64,000 nucleotides of DNA. Origin: an uncultured Acidimicrobiia bacterium (GTDB lineage Bacteria > Acidobacteriota > Terriglobia > Versatilivoradales > Versatilivoraceae). A program made the position numbers and the translations under genes. The notes under the pieces are model-generated. The model saw nothing but the letters and a program-made list of their open reading frames with translations. It was not told the DNA's origin and did no database searches. The stretch is taken from positions 224,001-288,000 of the forward strand of contig CAWBAT010000006.1 in NCBI GenBank assembly GCA_963786955.1, given 5' to 3'. Shown here in pieces: positions 1-11,730 of this stretch (its first letter is position 1; the number at the start of each line of letters is the position of its first letter).

Positions 1-1238
1 TTCGAACTGATCAGCTGCTCCAAGGAATTCGTCGATCTCCCATAAAACCCCAGCAGCAAATCGAGGAGAAAAAGATTTGAGATCTTTTCCTCTTTGTTTA
101 AGGCAACTCGAGCTACAGTCTTCCGGGACAGAGCATTGGATCGTTTGGGAGAGCGACTGCCCGCTTCTGAGGTCATTCCAAACCCCACCGCGATTGCTTG
201 GAGGAACTGTTCTTTGGACAGGGCTCCCGTCTTCAAGTCAGTCTTGAGTAAAAGGTATTCCAATATGAATGATTCTGCCGTTGACTCTCTTGAATTTCGA
301 AGACTTGGGAAAAAACATTGCACGAGGCCTCTTGACACTTCACGGCGGAATGTCCCTTCGAATTCTGCAGCCTTTAAGCCCGAAGTCGGCGCTAAAGCAA
401 CAAAACCAAGTGAATTTTCAAGGGTCACGATTTTCAACTCCCCCACTTTCTTGGTTGATTCAAGCAGCGCAATGAAAAGGGATTCCCTTTTTGCATCCTG
501 ATATGTCTTCTCTTGAAACAAAATCTGACGCTGCAGAATGCCAATAATCTTCTCTTCAACTACCTCCCATCCAGGTTCAATGACCAAAGTGACTTCGGTC
601 TGACCAAAAGTGCGCTGTTGCCCGGCAGCCACCCCAAGATAAAACATGCCATCCTGCCTGCCGCCCATGACAAACAGCCCCTTCCCCGTGTTCTTTACAT
701 TTGTCTCGACGATCCAAGCTGGAGGCAATTCAAAGGAGATTGACGCGCGCACTTCGCGTTGACCGATTCCCAGCAAAAGGTCTGAAGCATAAATGAGGCA
801 TCGTTTCCCGTCCCCAAAGCTATGCCGATCACCGGAAAGACGGTCACTGAGGCTAATCTGGTACTTCACCGATACGGTTTCGGAAGGTTTTCCTCTCAGG
901 AGGATATTTCGTCCCAACGGCCCGTCTGATGATTCTTGAACTGCCTCTGCTTCCTTCTCGTCCCCTCCTTCAACAGTCAAGAGTTCGAGTTCCGTGACAT
1001 GAGAATCGGGAAGCACAAGTCGGATTTCTTCGGCAGGTAGTCCCTGAATCTTGGCGCGGATCTTGAGTTTGTGGCTAGCGGCATTTTCACATTCGACAAT
1101 GTAATTCACTCGAATGGAACTAGCCGCAAGCGATAAGGGAGGAAATAGGATCAGCCCTAAAACACAGGTCTGAATCGTGAATGGTGGCCGGGATTTCTTA
1201 AACTTTTTCTTTTCGAGCAGCAGGGGTTTCAGACTCAC
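1..1238 (-). CDS. Secreted M61 glycyl-aminopeptidase-like protein lacking an HExxH motif; runs off the window edge
   Basis: Manually translated open frame from GTG at 1238 to the window start (absent from the ORF track): basic N-terminus and signal-like LGLILFPPLSLAAS, then VNYIVECENAASHKLKIRAKIQG, ISFELPPAWIVET and FLLDLLLGFYGRSTNSLEQL, resembling M61 N- and C-terminal motifs. Confidence 0.6.
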   Translation of the reverse strand, partial: MSLKPLLLEKKKFKKSRPPFTIQTCVLGLILFPPLSLAASSIRVNYIVECENAASHKLKIRAKIQGLPAEEIRLVLPDSHVTELELLTVEGGDEKEAEAVQESSDGPLGRNILLRGKPSETVSVKYQISLSDRLSGDRHSFGDGKRCLIYASDLLLGIGQREVRASISFELPPAWIVETNVKNTGKGLFVMGGRQDGMFYLGVAAGQQRTFGQTEVTLVIEPGWEVVEEKIIGILQRQILFQEKTYQDAKRESLFIALLESTKKVGELKIVTLENSLGFVALAPTSGLKAAEFEGTFRREVSRGLVQCFFPSLRNSRESTAESFILEYLLLKTDLKTGALSKEQFLQAIAVGFGMTSEAGSRSPKRSNALSRKTVARVALNKEEKISNLFLLDLLLGFYGRSTNSLEQLISS

Positions 1239-1392
1239 ACCGATCTTAAGAAAGATCGGGGAAAAAGGTGGGTTCCGCAATTTGGAAGAACAACCTATGA
1301 AAATAAAAGCTACACCGCGACAAATTTATCGCAGTCTCTAGCAACAAAGTTGATTCTTGACAGGAAGAAGCACGACTTCTCGAAGCTCGCTC

Positions 1393-1629
1393 TCACGCTC
1401 TAGAGTCATCGGACCCCCAATTGTAAAGCAACCCCTGGCGGCGATTGAATTCCCGTTTTCTTTCTTCCAGGTCAGTTAAAGCATTAATGAATTCAAGAAC
1501 CTTTTCTTTTCCGTCCTGCGACAACATGTCGAGGTGGCTTATGATAACGTCCTTTAATTGTTCTTCAAATCGCTGCCCCGGAGTTTGAATTGGAGAAGAT
1601 GTCTCGCGGCTATGTTTCTGAATTTCCAT
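1393..1629 (-). CDS. Small hypothetical helical protein (78 aa)
   Basis: ATG with purine-rich upstream AGAGAG; LSQDGKEKVLEFINAL loosely resembles DUF2281-type helices. Confidence 0.5.
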   Translation of the reverse strand: MEIQKHSRETSSPIQTPGQRFEEQLKDVIISHLDMLSQDGKEKVLEFINALTDLEERKREFNRRQGLLYNWGSDDSRA

Positions 1630-1843
1630 TTTACTCTCTCAGGCACGAGGAATTAAAGGTGAGCTTCTTTGAAAGACTGTGGAGAATATAGACTCAAAGA
1701 TTGAATTAGGCAATATCTTTTTCGGCATACAAAAAACCATTTTTCTCTTGATTTTTGGGACCCCTCTCCTCTCACAGGGGTCGCTTGACAGCGACTGCAC
1801 TCTCGTTCTGTTTCCCTTCAAAAGCCTTTTCCAACAACTCTCT

Positions 1844-2755
1844 TCACGATTTTGTGCCTCCGAATCGACGGCTGGATTGTCGGGTTAACAAGACCCCACT
1901 CAGGACAAGGCATCCTCCGATTACAAAGTTTGCTGTCAGCTTTTCTGAGAGGATATAGGTGGACGAGACTGTCGTCACAACAGGCTGAAGATAGGTCAAA
2001 GATGCAAAACGCGAAGCGGACATATGACGAAGGGCATAATAAAATATTAAGGGCGCCAACACAGAAGCCATGACTGCAACATAGAGAAATGATGCCACGA
2101 CGTTCCATGTAAGGGCGGAGCTGGAAAAGGAAAGAAACGACGGCAAGCCTAGGGGGAAAAGAAGACAAGCGCCTGCAAAATACGTAAAAGCCGTGGAGGG
2201 CACAGGACCGTATCGAACAGAACCTTCCTTGCTTAGAACGGTGTAATACGCAAACGCCACGGAACCACAGAAGGTGAGTAGATCTCCAACCAAATATTCG
2301 GTATGGAACCTCAAATCGTGATCAAGATTAAGGCAGACAATTCCAACAATAGACAAACTCATGCCCAGAATCCTTATAGGCGTGAGTTTCTCCTGGCCTT
2401 GCATCCAGGCAAAAAGCATGGTGAACAACGGCGCAACAGTGACTATGACAGCCGAATGCGCCACCGTCGTAAAATGAAGGCCTGTGATGAACAACAATTG
2501 ATTCAGAACTAATCCTAAAAATGCCAGCTTGAAGAAAAAAACAAAATCACCCATCTTCAGACCATGAATGCCTTGTTTGTCCTTTTAAGCCGATGGATCA
2601 CGTAAAGAATAATGGCGGCAGCGGTCGTGCGAAAAGAAGTGACCCCTAAGGGAGACATGGCCCTGAGGCACACTTTTAGGGCGATGAAGTTGCCACACCA
2701 AATTGCAATTAAAGTTCCGACGAGGAATATATAGCTTAATCTTTGTGACGCGCAT
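1844..2755 (-). CDS. DMT/EamA family transporter (frameshifted)
   Basis: ORF 1844..2554 is multi-TM (GQEKLTPIRILG, YLQPVV); N-terminal IWCGNFIALK...SPLGVTSFR lies in another frame; ATG at 2755 overlaps the upstream gene end. Confidence 0.85.
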
Positions 2756-4193
2756 TCAGCATCTTTGTTCGGACTTGTTCCACGACATTAGAGAATTCTC
2801 CCGACTTGAAGCCGGAAACGACTCTCTCTTCATAGAGGACCTCGCCCCCAATCATGGTCATTCGTACATCAGAAGCTCTGCATGAGAAGACCAGAGCGTC
2901 GGTCGGTGAGAAAACTGGCTGTACGTGATACCCGGTGAGATCGACAGCAATGATATCCGCCAGTTTACCCGCATCCAATGACCCGATTTCTTTTGACATT
3001 CCAAGCGCTTCGGCACCTCCCAAGGTACCCAATCTCAGCAATTCGGCCGATGAAAGAAGGGCATCCCTTTGTAAGTCGGTGTCGTTATTGCTGGGAGGGC
3101 CACAAACTGTCGGATTGCTCCGCGTCAATCGCATTTCTTCAAACAAGTCCATTGAGTTATTGCTCGCGACACTGTCAGTCCCCAACCCCAAGCGAATGGC
3201 TCTTCTGTGTATCTCTTTCAGATTCATGTATCCATGTCCCAATTTCCAGTTGGACTTGGGACAATGAGCAACGGCGGCCTTTTGAGTTCGAATAATCTCA
3301 CAATCTTTTTCCTCTAAATGAATACAATGTACGAGAAGAGTGAATTCTTCAATAACTCCGAGGTTGTGAAGATACTGGACGGGAGTGGTTCGTGGGGGAA
3401 TCCAAGGAATGCCTCGTTCGCGGTAAGAATGGGCGATCGGGCCGGTCCCGTCTTGTAGCCATTGTCTCTCCGCAACCGATTCCCCGACATGGATGCAAAC
3501 GGGAAGGCCCTCCTTTCTTGCAAATTGATGCACCGCCAAAAATAAAGGCGCACTGACGGTATAGGGGGCATGAGGCGATACGCCCAAGCGAATTCGTTTC
3601 TTTCGCTCGGCCGCGGTTGCCTCTCGGTCACTGGAATTGGGTCCATGAATCGGGCAGAGGATGCTGGAGGCCGGAGATCTTGCGATCTGCGCCCGGCGCT
3701 CTTGAAGATTGGCCTTCCAGCGTTTGCATGGCTATGTTGGCATCTTCAGGCCTTGGAGAAAACACTTCCTGGTAGAGGACTCCTCGAATTCCCGTACTTA
3801 AAGCTGCTTCAAGCGTGCCCCCCAAATCCATAGCGTCGCCAACCGTTGTAATGCCCGCTTGGATCGCCTCAATGGCGCCCAAGAGTGCCGATACCAGAAT
3901 ATCTTCATAAGTCAAAATCTCATATTTTGTTCTGGTCAGTTCGCGAATCCAGCTCCAAAAACTAAGCCCTTCTAAGTATCCCCGTAGGATCGAAAGCTCC
4001 AGGTGTGAGTGAACATTCACGAACCCTGGCAGAAGGACTGAAGCGGGAAAATGTTTGACCGGATGATGGGGTAGCGTGGCCCATGGCCTTCTGATTGCCA
4101 AGATCAACGATCCGGTCCCCTTCAACCACAACGGCGCCGTCCTCGATCAATGGAGAACTAATCGGTAATCACCCAGGGGCTGGAAAGAATCAT
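2736..4193 (-). CDS. Metal-dependent amidohydrolase, MtaD/aminodeoxyfutalosine-deaminase-like (frameshifted, 3 ORF pieces)
   Basis: DGAVVVEGDRIVDLG, LPGFVNVHSHLELS (HxH), GITT, SPHAPYTVS, HVGES, HC, HCPKSN, GTDS, IGSLDAGKLADII. Confidence 0.85.
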
Positions 4194-4963
4194 GAGAGGA
4201 TACACGCTTCATCAAACGGCTCCAGGACGTACGAGGCAATATTGCGGGACTTATCCATTTTGAAACCGTAGCCAAATAGCCGTTGCCGAAAAGCTCCAAG
4301 AAACGGTGACGCAGTTTCATTTGGATGCTTGCGAGCCGAAACAGGATCGGAAGTCTTGAGTTCTTGCATATTCAAAGGGAGTTCGATGTAGACTGCCTCA
4401 TTTGAAGCAGACTCGAGAAGGAAATTGTTCGAAATTCGCGCCGCCACACGTGGAGCGGGACAGATGCCATTCCGCCAGAAGCCGATCCGTAGGCAAGTTC
4501 CCATGGAGGGGACTGCTTGTCGCCCCATAGATGTCGACATCATAGTGCCGGCAGATCACGCCCAGCGACTCAATATTAAAATATGCATTGCGTATTTCCA
4601 GCGGATCAAACGTCCATTCCACTCTGGTAATTCCGCGGTTAAGGGCGTCTTGGCGTTGAGCCAGTTTAAGACTCCTTCCAATCCCGAGATTTCGATATTC
4701 CGGCAAGACCCCCATCATATGCGAATGAAGATAGACTCTTCCTTCCCTGTAGCCAGGTACAGCCGTCAGAAAACCCAGCAGATTATTTTCGCCGTCGATC
4801 GCCCCAAAACTTGTCCCCCGATTCTTCCGCTCACGACAAGAGAGCGCAAAGGGAGGAGTTCACGGTCCGAAAACCCCCAAACCTTTCGTTGGATCTCAAG
4901 GCATTCGTGTAATCGTTTAATGTCGGAAAGAGGTTCGATCCGATAGTTTCGAGAGGATGGCAT
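4190..4963 (-). CDS. GNAT family N-acyltransferase (COG3375-like; frameshifted)
   Basis: IQRKVWG, GGQVLG, HSHMMGVLPEYRNLGIGRSLKLAQRQDAL, WTFDPL, NAYFNI, LPTDRL; stop overlaps the amidohydrolase ATG (ATGA at 4190-4193). Confidence 0.85.
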
Positions 4964-5236
4964 CAGGATGGATACAGGATGGATTTTCGGGCAATCTAAC
5001 AAGCTTCTCGCGGGCATTGCGAAAGTAAAATTAACATATCCGTTCCAGAGCGGGTCAACGGAACGCCCTCAAACTGCAATTCCCGCCAATAGACTCCACA
5101 ATTAACGGAAGAACCATTCCGTGCTCGTCCGGCACTTCAGTCCAGCTTCGGAACAATCTCTTTGAGACATCGACATCGGAATCAAAGTAAAGTAGAGCGT
5201 AAAGGGCTCGCCTAGATTGGCCCAAGGAGGGGGAAT

Positions 5237-6109
5237 ATGCAGATTATATGGCGCGTGCTGATTGCATTGGGAATTGTGATCTTGATCGTCCTTTTTCTGG
5301 CAAACCCTAAGCATGAAATGGGCACGGGCGAAAACGGCAATGAGCTTTTCAAACCGACTGGGGTCTCCATGCTTTATGGGACGATGGCCAGGCAGAAGTC
5401 GCCACCTATGATGCTCATTGCGTGATTTACGGTAGATCGAGAAGCTATCAGGCAACACTCATTACCGTAAAGGAAGATTTTGATCCAAGGATCCTACGTG
5501 AAGGCCGATCATCCGCTCCAAGGGCAACCCCACCCCGTCGTTTTAAAACTCAATATCGCCGCTTCAATTCCGACCGAAAACTATACGTATCATTTCTTAA
5601 CCAGCTTATTTGTCAGTCGCGAAAACCCGTCCCGTTTGATCAAATTAACCATGGGGAGTCAGGAGTGGTGCGGAAACACATTCAAGGAAATTCAAAATTG
5701 GGGGCACCCCGCCACGCTGCACTACTTCTCTTACTTTGATGGCGAAGGGGATGGCTCCATTTCTCTCCCGCTTGGCCCAGACGACTTACTGGAGGATCAA
5801 GTCCCAATTACCTTAAGATCTCTCCGTTTTCGAGAAGGTTTGCGACATCCCATTCGCATCGTGGATTCGTTTGTGGCCAATCGAGCCACTCCTCCGAAAT
5901 TTACGGATGCAGAAATTCTTGTGCAAGCAAGCGAGACCATTCATTTAATTGACTGTTGGAAGGTTCAACTTCAGCGCCCAGGAAATCAGCAGTCATACTG
6001 GTTTGAAAAGGCCTATCCCAATATCCTCGTCAAAAGTGTCTCGGGGGATGGAAGAGAACTGGCACTGAAAGAACGGAATCGCCGCAAATATTGGGAGCAT
6101 CCGTATTAA
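5237..6109 (+). CDS. Conserved secreted/membrane-anchored hypothetical protein (frameshifted)
   Basis: N-terminal hydrophobic anchor (5237..5425), WDDGQAEVATY, IYGRSR..LITVKEDF, VLKLN, SQEWCG across three consecutive frames. Confidence 0.65.
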
Positions 6110-6167
6110 ATCGCGACACCCGGAAAGAGTGCAACAGGGATCTACGAAGCTCGCTATTTTCCCAGAG

Positions 6168-6623
6168 TCATGCCCTGGGAGCCAACCTGCTAAAAACACG
6201 CCCTAATGAAGCGCTCAGGATTCCTAGTATGGGGCCGAAAATCAATCCTGCCGTGCGCGCCATCATCGCTTTTCCAATCGGTACATTGGTTCCAGGCGGA
6301 ACATTTAACGCGTCCCAGTGAATGAAATACGTGTTCAGATTGCCCAAATAGCTGATCAATGTGGCTAGGAAAACAAGCACTTCTGCCGCAGAGCAGACTA
6401 CAATTCCAACCAGAATCGTTCCACTCCACGTAAATTTACCGACTGTTGCGGAAAGCGCGCCAAAGTAGAAACTACTGACTAACATGAGGCCAACAACAGA
6501 AAACATCGCATTGCCCCGCGGTGCGTAGGGAACTCCGGCAATCCCCAAGCTGAATCGAGCGATCGTATAAATCACGAGCAAAACAACCGGGAGCCGCACA
6601 AACAAAAGAACTTTGGATAACAT
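6168..6623 (-). CDS. Integral membrane protein (about 4 TM helices)
   Basis: 151-aa ORF with four hydrophobic stretches; AGGAAG upstream of ATG. Confidence 0.7.
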   Translation of the reverse strand: MLSKVLLFVRLPVVLLVIYTIARFSLGIAGVPYAPRGNAMFSVVGLMLVSSFYFGALSATVGKFTWSGTILVGIVVCSAAEVLVFLATLISYLGNLNTYFIHWDALNVPPGTNVPIGKAMMARTAGLIFGPILGILSASLGRVFSRLAPRA

Positions 6624-6690
6624 ACTTCCTGCCTCCTTACGCCTGTTCCTTCCTTTTGGACGTTGGTTCGATCAACCGCTTTGCATTCTT

Positions 6691-8082
6691 CTAACTCGTG
6701 GAAGCGTGGCTCACGGGCGTCGGGATAGTGGACTTCGGGATTCGAATCACAAACATCGTTCCCTTCCCGACCTCACTCGTAACGGAAATGGATCCTCGAT
6801 GTAATTCGATGAGCTTATGAACCAAAAAAAGTCCAATTCCGAGCCCAGGCCGATGGGAAGCCTGGGAACGGGCTCGATAGAATTTCTGAAAAACATTGGG
6901 CAGGGCATCGGGCTCGATTCCGACTCCATTGTCCGAGAAATAAATAACAATCTGATGCTCCTCTTCCCTCGCCACGACTTCAATCCGGGGATCTTTCGAA
7001 CAAAACTTAATGGAATTGGAAACAAGATTCTGGAATACCTGCTGTAACAGATCCAGATTCCCCTCAATCAAAACAGGCTGAGGAGGCATGTCTACAATGA
7101 ATTGAATGTTTTTGCTCTTTAGTTCCGGTTCCATGAAACGGCTGGTGTGATTAATGATATCCGCAATCGAGACTGTTCCAAATTTCTGCAAGCTGGAAAA
7201 TTCTGCCTGCTCAACCTTCACGGAAAGAAGCAAATTATTAATGAGGCGCATCAGACGTTGGCATTCTTCCGTCATAATTGAGACAATCTCGCTCTTTTCG
7301 TTCTCCTGGAAGAGCGAATTGGGGTAGCTCTTCAAGATCGTTAAGTAGCCATAAATCGTGGTCAATGGGGTTCTTAATTCATGGGACACGTTGGCGATGT
7401 AATCATGCCGCAGTTGAGAGAGTTCTTGAGTATCCGAAATCTGTTTGGAAAGCTGAAATGTGACAGCAAACTGGTCGGCACAGAATTTCAATCCATCGAT
7501 TTCAGCTTGAATGAATTGATGGGGCCTCCGGTAACCAATGATAAAATATCCAAACTGGTACGATTTCACCTTGCAAGGAAAACCAAGCAAAGAACACGTC
7601 TCTTCCATGACCTTTAATAGGCGCGATTTCTGAAAATCCTCAAACGACAGAGGGACAGTCTGATCATCCAGACCTCCCAAGATAATCTTCCGACGTTCCA
7701 GCTCATTGAAGGTATCAAGAAGACTCAAATCGACACCGATACAAATATTGATCCCAGACTTACTCCCGTGATCCAGAGAAAGGATGCCCAAGTCAATTGA
7801 CAGAATTTCGAGCATTCTGGAAAATGCAGACTGCAGCGATTGTTCACTATCGTGCACATGTCGAAGGATGCTGGTAATCTCACTAAACAAGAATGATTCC
7901 AGCTGGTTCGACTCTTTCGCTTGTTCAAGCGCCCGAATGAGTCTACTGATGTGATCCTTGTTTTCTTGAAGTGAAATTGCCAATTTTTCACTTTTCTTCT
8001 GTTCATCACCCATCTTGCTGATCAGGTACAAGATCAAAACCATACAGAAGATTAGGATGACGGTTAGAAAATCAGGAATCAC
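6691..8082 (-). CDS. Sensor histidine kinase (TM, GAF-like, HisKA, HATPase_c)
   Basis: H-box VSHELRTPLT, N-box NLVSNSIKF, DNGVGI, F-box VFQKFYR, GLGIGLF, GKGTMF. Confidence 0.93.
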   Translation of the reverse strand: MIPDFLTVILIFCMVLILYLISKMGDEQKKSEKLAISLQENKDHISRLIRALEQAKESNQLESFLFSEITSILRHVHDSEQSLQSAFSRMLEILSIDLGILSLDHGSKSGINICIGVDLSLLDTFNELERRKIILGGLDDQTVPLSFEDFQKSRLLKVMEETCSLLGFPCKVKSYQFGYFIIGYRRPHQFIQAEIDGLKFCADQFAVTFQLSKQISDTQELSQLRHDYIANVSHELRTPLTTIYGYLTILKSYPNSLFQENEKSEIVSIMTEECQRLMRLINNLLLSVKVEQAEFSSLQKFGTVSIADIINHTSRFMEPELKSKNIQFIVDMPPQPVLIEGNLDLLQQVFQNLVSNSIKFCSKDPRIEVVAREEEHQIVIYFSDNGVGIEPDALPNVFQKFYRARSQASHRPGLGIGLFLVHKLIELHRGSISVTSEVGKGTMFVIRIPKSTIPTPVSHASTS

Positions 8083-8476
8083 CTTTTGGTCCTTTTCAAG
8101 AGTTCACGAGAACGGAGCCGGGCAGGTTATTAACATTCAATGAGGCACGTGAAAGCAAGCCCAATTCTCCGCTTCCTGACATGCGTAGATTACTCGCACC
8201 GAGAGTGTCCGTTAGGGTAGCATGAATAGGCGTTTCAGTATTACTGATTGATAAGGGGTAGCTGCGACATTCGTTACAAGCCAAGGTAATTTTATCTCAG
8301 CTTTTCCGGTTAAGAAAGCCCTCTTCCCCCTGTCTTAGGGTTCATGACCTTGCGATATTTGAATCAGACCACCACCCACGCAACGGCTTGAGCGACTTGC
8401 ATTCAACCTAAGATCTTATATCGGAGATAGCGCTATTATTCCGTTGGAATAAAGTAAAGGTTGATTGCAGCAGACC

Positions 8477-9511
8477 ATGAAACCCTTAAAGATCGAAAAT
8501 AATATACAAAATACAGTTATAAAACCTCGCATCAAACTCGGGTTTGATAATTATTCAATCCGGGCGCTCGGTTGGAGTGCGCCAAAACTTCTGGATCACG
8601 CTTCCAGATTGAATGTGGACTCAATTCTGTTTTCCGATTTAGATGTTTACGAAAATCACGGCGATCATTATCTCAAAGAAATCAAGTCCAGAGCTAGAGA
8701 CCTAGGAATCGAAATCCATACCGGGACTGCCAGTATTTGTCCTTCTTCAAATACTTTCGAAAAGCGGTTTGGGACCGCCGAAGAACATTTGGGATTAGCC
8801 ATCAAGGTCGCCGGACGGGTTGGCTCTCCCGTGGTTCGCTGTTACCAAGGAAACTTCAAGGATCGTTCTAGCCCCGGCGGGATTGAATTCCACATGAAGA
8901 ACACCCTCCAAGTTTTGAAAGCAGTTAAAAGTCAAGCGATGGAAGTAGGAGTGAAAATTGCTGTTGAAAATCATGCAGGAGACATGCAAGCCTGGGAGTT
9001 AGTCACTTTAATTGAAGATGCCGGGACGGACTATGTCGGGGCTACAATGGATTGCGGGAACGCAACCTGGGCGCTTGAAGATCCCCTTCAAAACCTGGAA
9101 ATTCTCGGCCCTTATGCCGTGACAACCGGTATTCGGGACTCCATGGTTTGGGAGTCTGTCGAAGGCGCTATTGTTCAGTGGACTGCAATGGGTGAAGGGA
9201 TCGTTGATTTTGCGTCCTACCTAAGACGATTCTCCGTGCTTTGCCCAAACGTCCCTGTGCAATTGGAAATTATTTCAGGTTTTTCCAGAGCCTTCCCCTA
9301 TCTCGGGACCGATTTCTGGAAAGATTATGCCAATGCGCGGGCTCATGAATTTGCCCAATTTGTGGCAATGGCCAAACGAGGAACCCCTCTCAAGCCTTTC
9401 AGGGCTCCCGTCGGCGAAGACCTTACAATTGCGGAACAATGCTATCAATTGGACCAACTGGAACGCAGCATACAATACTGCAGGAAGACATTGGGGCTAG
9501 GTCTGCGATGA
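8477..9511 (+). CDS. Sugar-phosphate isomerase/epimerase (xylose isomerase-like TIM barrel)
   Basis: [28 protein letters not shown] motifs of the AP_endonuc_2 family. Confidence 0.85.
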   Translation: MKPLKIENNIQNTVIKPRIKLGFDNYSIRALGWSAPKLLDHASRLNVDSILFSDLDVYENHGDHYLKEIKSRARDLGIEIHTGTASICPSSNTFEKRFGTAEEHLGLAIKVAGRVGSPVVRCYQGNFKDRSSPGGIEFHMKNTLQVLKAVKSQAMEVGVKIAVENHAGDMQAWELVTLIEDAGTDYVGATMDCGNATWALEDPLQNLEILGPYAVTTGIRDSMVWESVEGAIVQWTAMGEGIVDFASYLRRFSVLCPNVPVQLEIISGFSRAFPYLGTDFWKDYANARAHEFAQFVAMAKRGTPLKPFRAPVGEDLTIAEQCYQLDQLERSIQYCRKTLGLGLR

Positions 9512-9569
9512 AAACGCCTCTAGGGATGTGTAAATTGGGCACTCTCACCCCATCCCAGGTTTCCAAGGT

Positions 9570-10451
9570 TTAGGGGATAACTCCTTCTTGATCCAACATC
9601 CTAAGCAGGTATTTTCCATAACTGCTGCCTTTCATATTCTCGGCAATCTGCACAACCTTGTCTGCGGTAATGTATCCCTGCAAAAAGGCAATTTCTTCCA
9701 GACAAGCTACCATGAGACCCTGCCGTTCTTGGAGAGCCTGGATGAAGTTTGACGCCTGCAAGAGCGACTCTTGAGTCCCGGTGTCTAACCAGGCAATGCC
9801 GCGCCCAAATTTTTCAACGTGCAAGGCAGAAGCTTCCAAATAGGCTAGATTCACATCCGTGATCTCTAATTCCCCCCGCGCTGAGGGTTTCAAATTGTCA
9901 GCGATATCAACTACTTGATTATCATAAAAATATAAGCCCGTCACGGCAAAGCGGGAGCGTGGTTTGGTGGGCTTTTCCCGCAGGCCCACGGGGACCCCAT
10001 GGGCATCAAATTCGACGACGCCATATCTTTCTGGATCGCTCACCTGATAAGCAAAGATGGTTGCCCCATCTCCCCTCTCGACTGCATTTCTCAAATACCG
10101 TGGCAACCCATGGCCATAGAAAATATTATCTCCAAGAATTAAGGCGACGCGCTCTTTTCCGATAAATTCCCGTCCGATCAGGAACGCCTGGGCTATGCCT
10201 TCCGGACTTTCCTGAGTCGCATAATGAAGGCTTAAGCCCACTCTCTCGCCATCTCCCAGTAGTTCTCGAAACCTGGGCAAATCACGGGGGGTCGAGATAA
10301 TCAAGATCTCGCGGACTCCGGCTAGCATGAGGGTCGAAAGAGGATAATAAATCATAGGTTTGTCGTAAATCGGGATGAGTTGTTTGCTGATTGCTTTTGT
10401 CAAGGGACCAAGCCTTGTTCCAGAGCCCCCTGCCAGGATGATTCCCTTCAT
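9570..10451 (-). CDS. rfbA: Glucose-1-phosphate thymidylyltransferase
   Basis: [58 protein letters not shown]; ATGA overlap with rfbB. Confidence 0.97.
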   Translation of the reverse strand: MKGIILAGGSGTRLGPLTKAISKQLIPIYDKPMIYYPLSTLMLAGVREILIISTPRDLPRFRELLGDGERVGLSLHYATQESPEGIAQAFLIGREFIGKERVALILGDNIFYGHGLPRYLRNAVERGDGATIFAYQVSDPERYGVVEFDAHGVPVGLREKPTKPRSRFAVTGLYFYDNQVVDIADNLKPSARGELEITDVNLAYLEASALHVEKFGRGIAWLDTGTQESLLQASNFIQALQERQGLMVACLEEIAFLQGYITADKVVQIAENMKGSSYGKYLLRMLDQEGVIP

Positions 10452-11545
10452 TGAACCGGTTCCTCCTTTGGCAGTCCGAGACGCTCCCTTGAATACTTTC
10501 CCCCCAGTATTTTTTGACACCATTCGCGGTTCTCACAATACCAATGCACTGTTCTTGTGACCCCTGTCTCAAAATCATAGAGAGGAGCCCATCCCAGTTC
10601 ATTCCGAATCTTGCGCCCATCGATCGCATAACGACGATCATGGCCAGGCCGGTCTTGAACAAAAGTCTTCAATGAAGTATAGCCGGGGATCCCTTTGGAA
10701 TATAAAGCTGGATTGTCTTTAGCCGGATGAATCTTTTCCAGGGCAGCGCAAATGCGGTCCACGACCTCCAGGTTCATCCGCTCGTTGTTTCCTCCGATGT
10801 TATACTTCTCCCCTACCTTTCCTCGCTCGACTATCGTCAAGAGCCCTCGGCAGTGATCTTCCACGTAGAGCCAATCACGGACGTTCCCGCCATCCCCATA
10901 GATCGGCAACGATTTTCCTTCCAGTGCATTCAAAAGCGTCAACGGGAAAAGCTTTTCAGGAAACTGATACGGTCCATAATTGTTCGAGCAGTTTGAAATG
11001 GTGACTGGCATTCCATAAGTTTCGTAATAAGCCCTGGCCAGGTGGTCCGCCGCTGCTTTGGAAGCAGCATAAGGCGAATTGGGGGAATAAGGGGTCGTTT
11101 CAGAGAAAAAACCCGTTTCGCCCAAGGCACCATAAACTTCGTCGGTTGAGACCTGGATAAACCGAAACTTGGCACGATCCGATGGCCGGAGATTCTTCCA
11201 ATATATTCTTGTCATTTCAAGGAGTTCTGAAGTCCCCAAAACGTTGGTTACAACAAATGGGCGGGGATCATCAATCGATCGATCGACGTGAGTTTCTGCA
11301 GCAAAATTGATAACACATTCGGGATGATGCTTATTGAGGATACTTTCAACCACAGCACAATCACTGATGTCCCCTTTCACAAAGACGAATCGGGGATGGT
11401 TTAGTACATCTTCCAGATTGTGAAGGCTTCCTGCATACGTCAACTTGTCAAGCACGACGACTCTCGCCTCAGTCTGCTTGAGAACTGTCCGGACGAAATT
11501 GCAGCCAATGAAACCTGCCCCCCCTGTCACCACCACTGATTGCAT
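10448..11545 (-). CDS. rfbB: dTDP-glucose 4,6-dehydratase
   Basis: [63 protein letters not shown]. Confidence 0.97.
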   Translation of the reverse strand: MQSVVVTGGAGFIGCNFVRTVLKQTEARVVVLDKLTYAGSLHNLEDVLNHPRFVFVKGDISDCAVVESILNKHHPECVINFAAETHVDRSIDDPRPFVVTNVLGTSELLEMTRIYWKNLRPSDRAKFRFIQVSTDEVYGALGETGFFSETTPYSPNSPYAASKAAADHLARAYYETYGMPVTISNCSNNYGPYQFPEKLFPLTLLNALEGKSLPIYGDGGNVRDWLYVEDHCRGLLTIVERGKVGEKYNIGGNNERMNLEVVDRICAALEKIHPAKDNPALYSKGIPGYTSLKTFVQDRPGHDRRYAIDGRKIRNELGWAPLYDFETGVTRTVHWYCENREWCQKILGGKYSRERLGLPKEEPVQ

Positions 11546-11730
11546 TCCCTCTCCCTCTCGGTCACCCTAATTCCCACAGCTCTCCACCCAATGCCTGCCC
11601 CGGAGAAGCGATTCGAAGTTTTTCAATTAAACCTGGCCAGGAACCTGCCGGGCTGTCTGACATGGGAGGATCAAGAGAATGCACGAGGAAAAGAGCTCAT
11701 TCGGCTCTTCATGAACGCCTGCTTGCCGAA

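Noticed and set aside
94-743. Plus-strand ORFs 94..501, 269..475, 513..743, and short ORFs within 62840-64000
   Set aside because: Shadows of longer edge-truncated genes (1..1238 minus; 62908..64000 plus) that the ORF track omits
9570-11545. rfbB-rfbA without rfbC/rfbD as a novel pathway
   Set aside because: Split rml loci and rffG-rffH-like pairs are common
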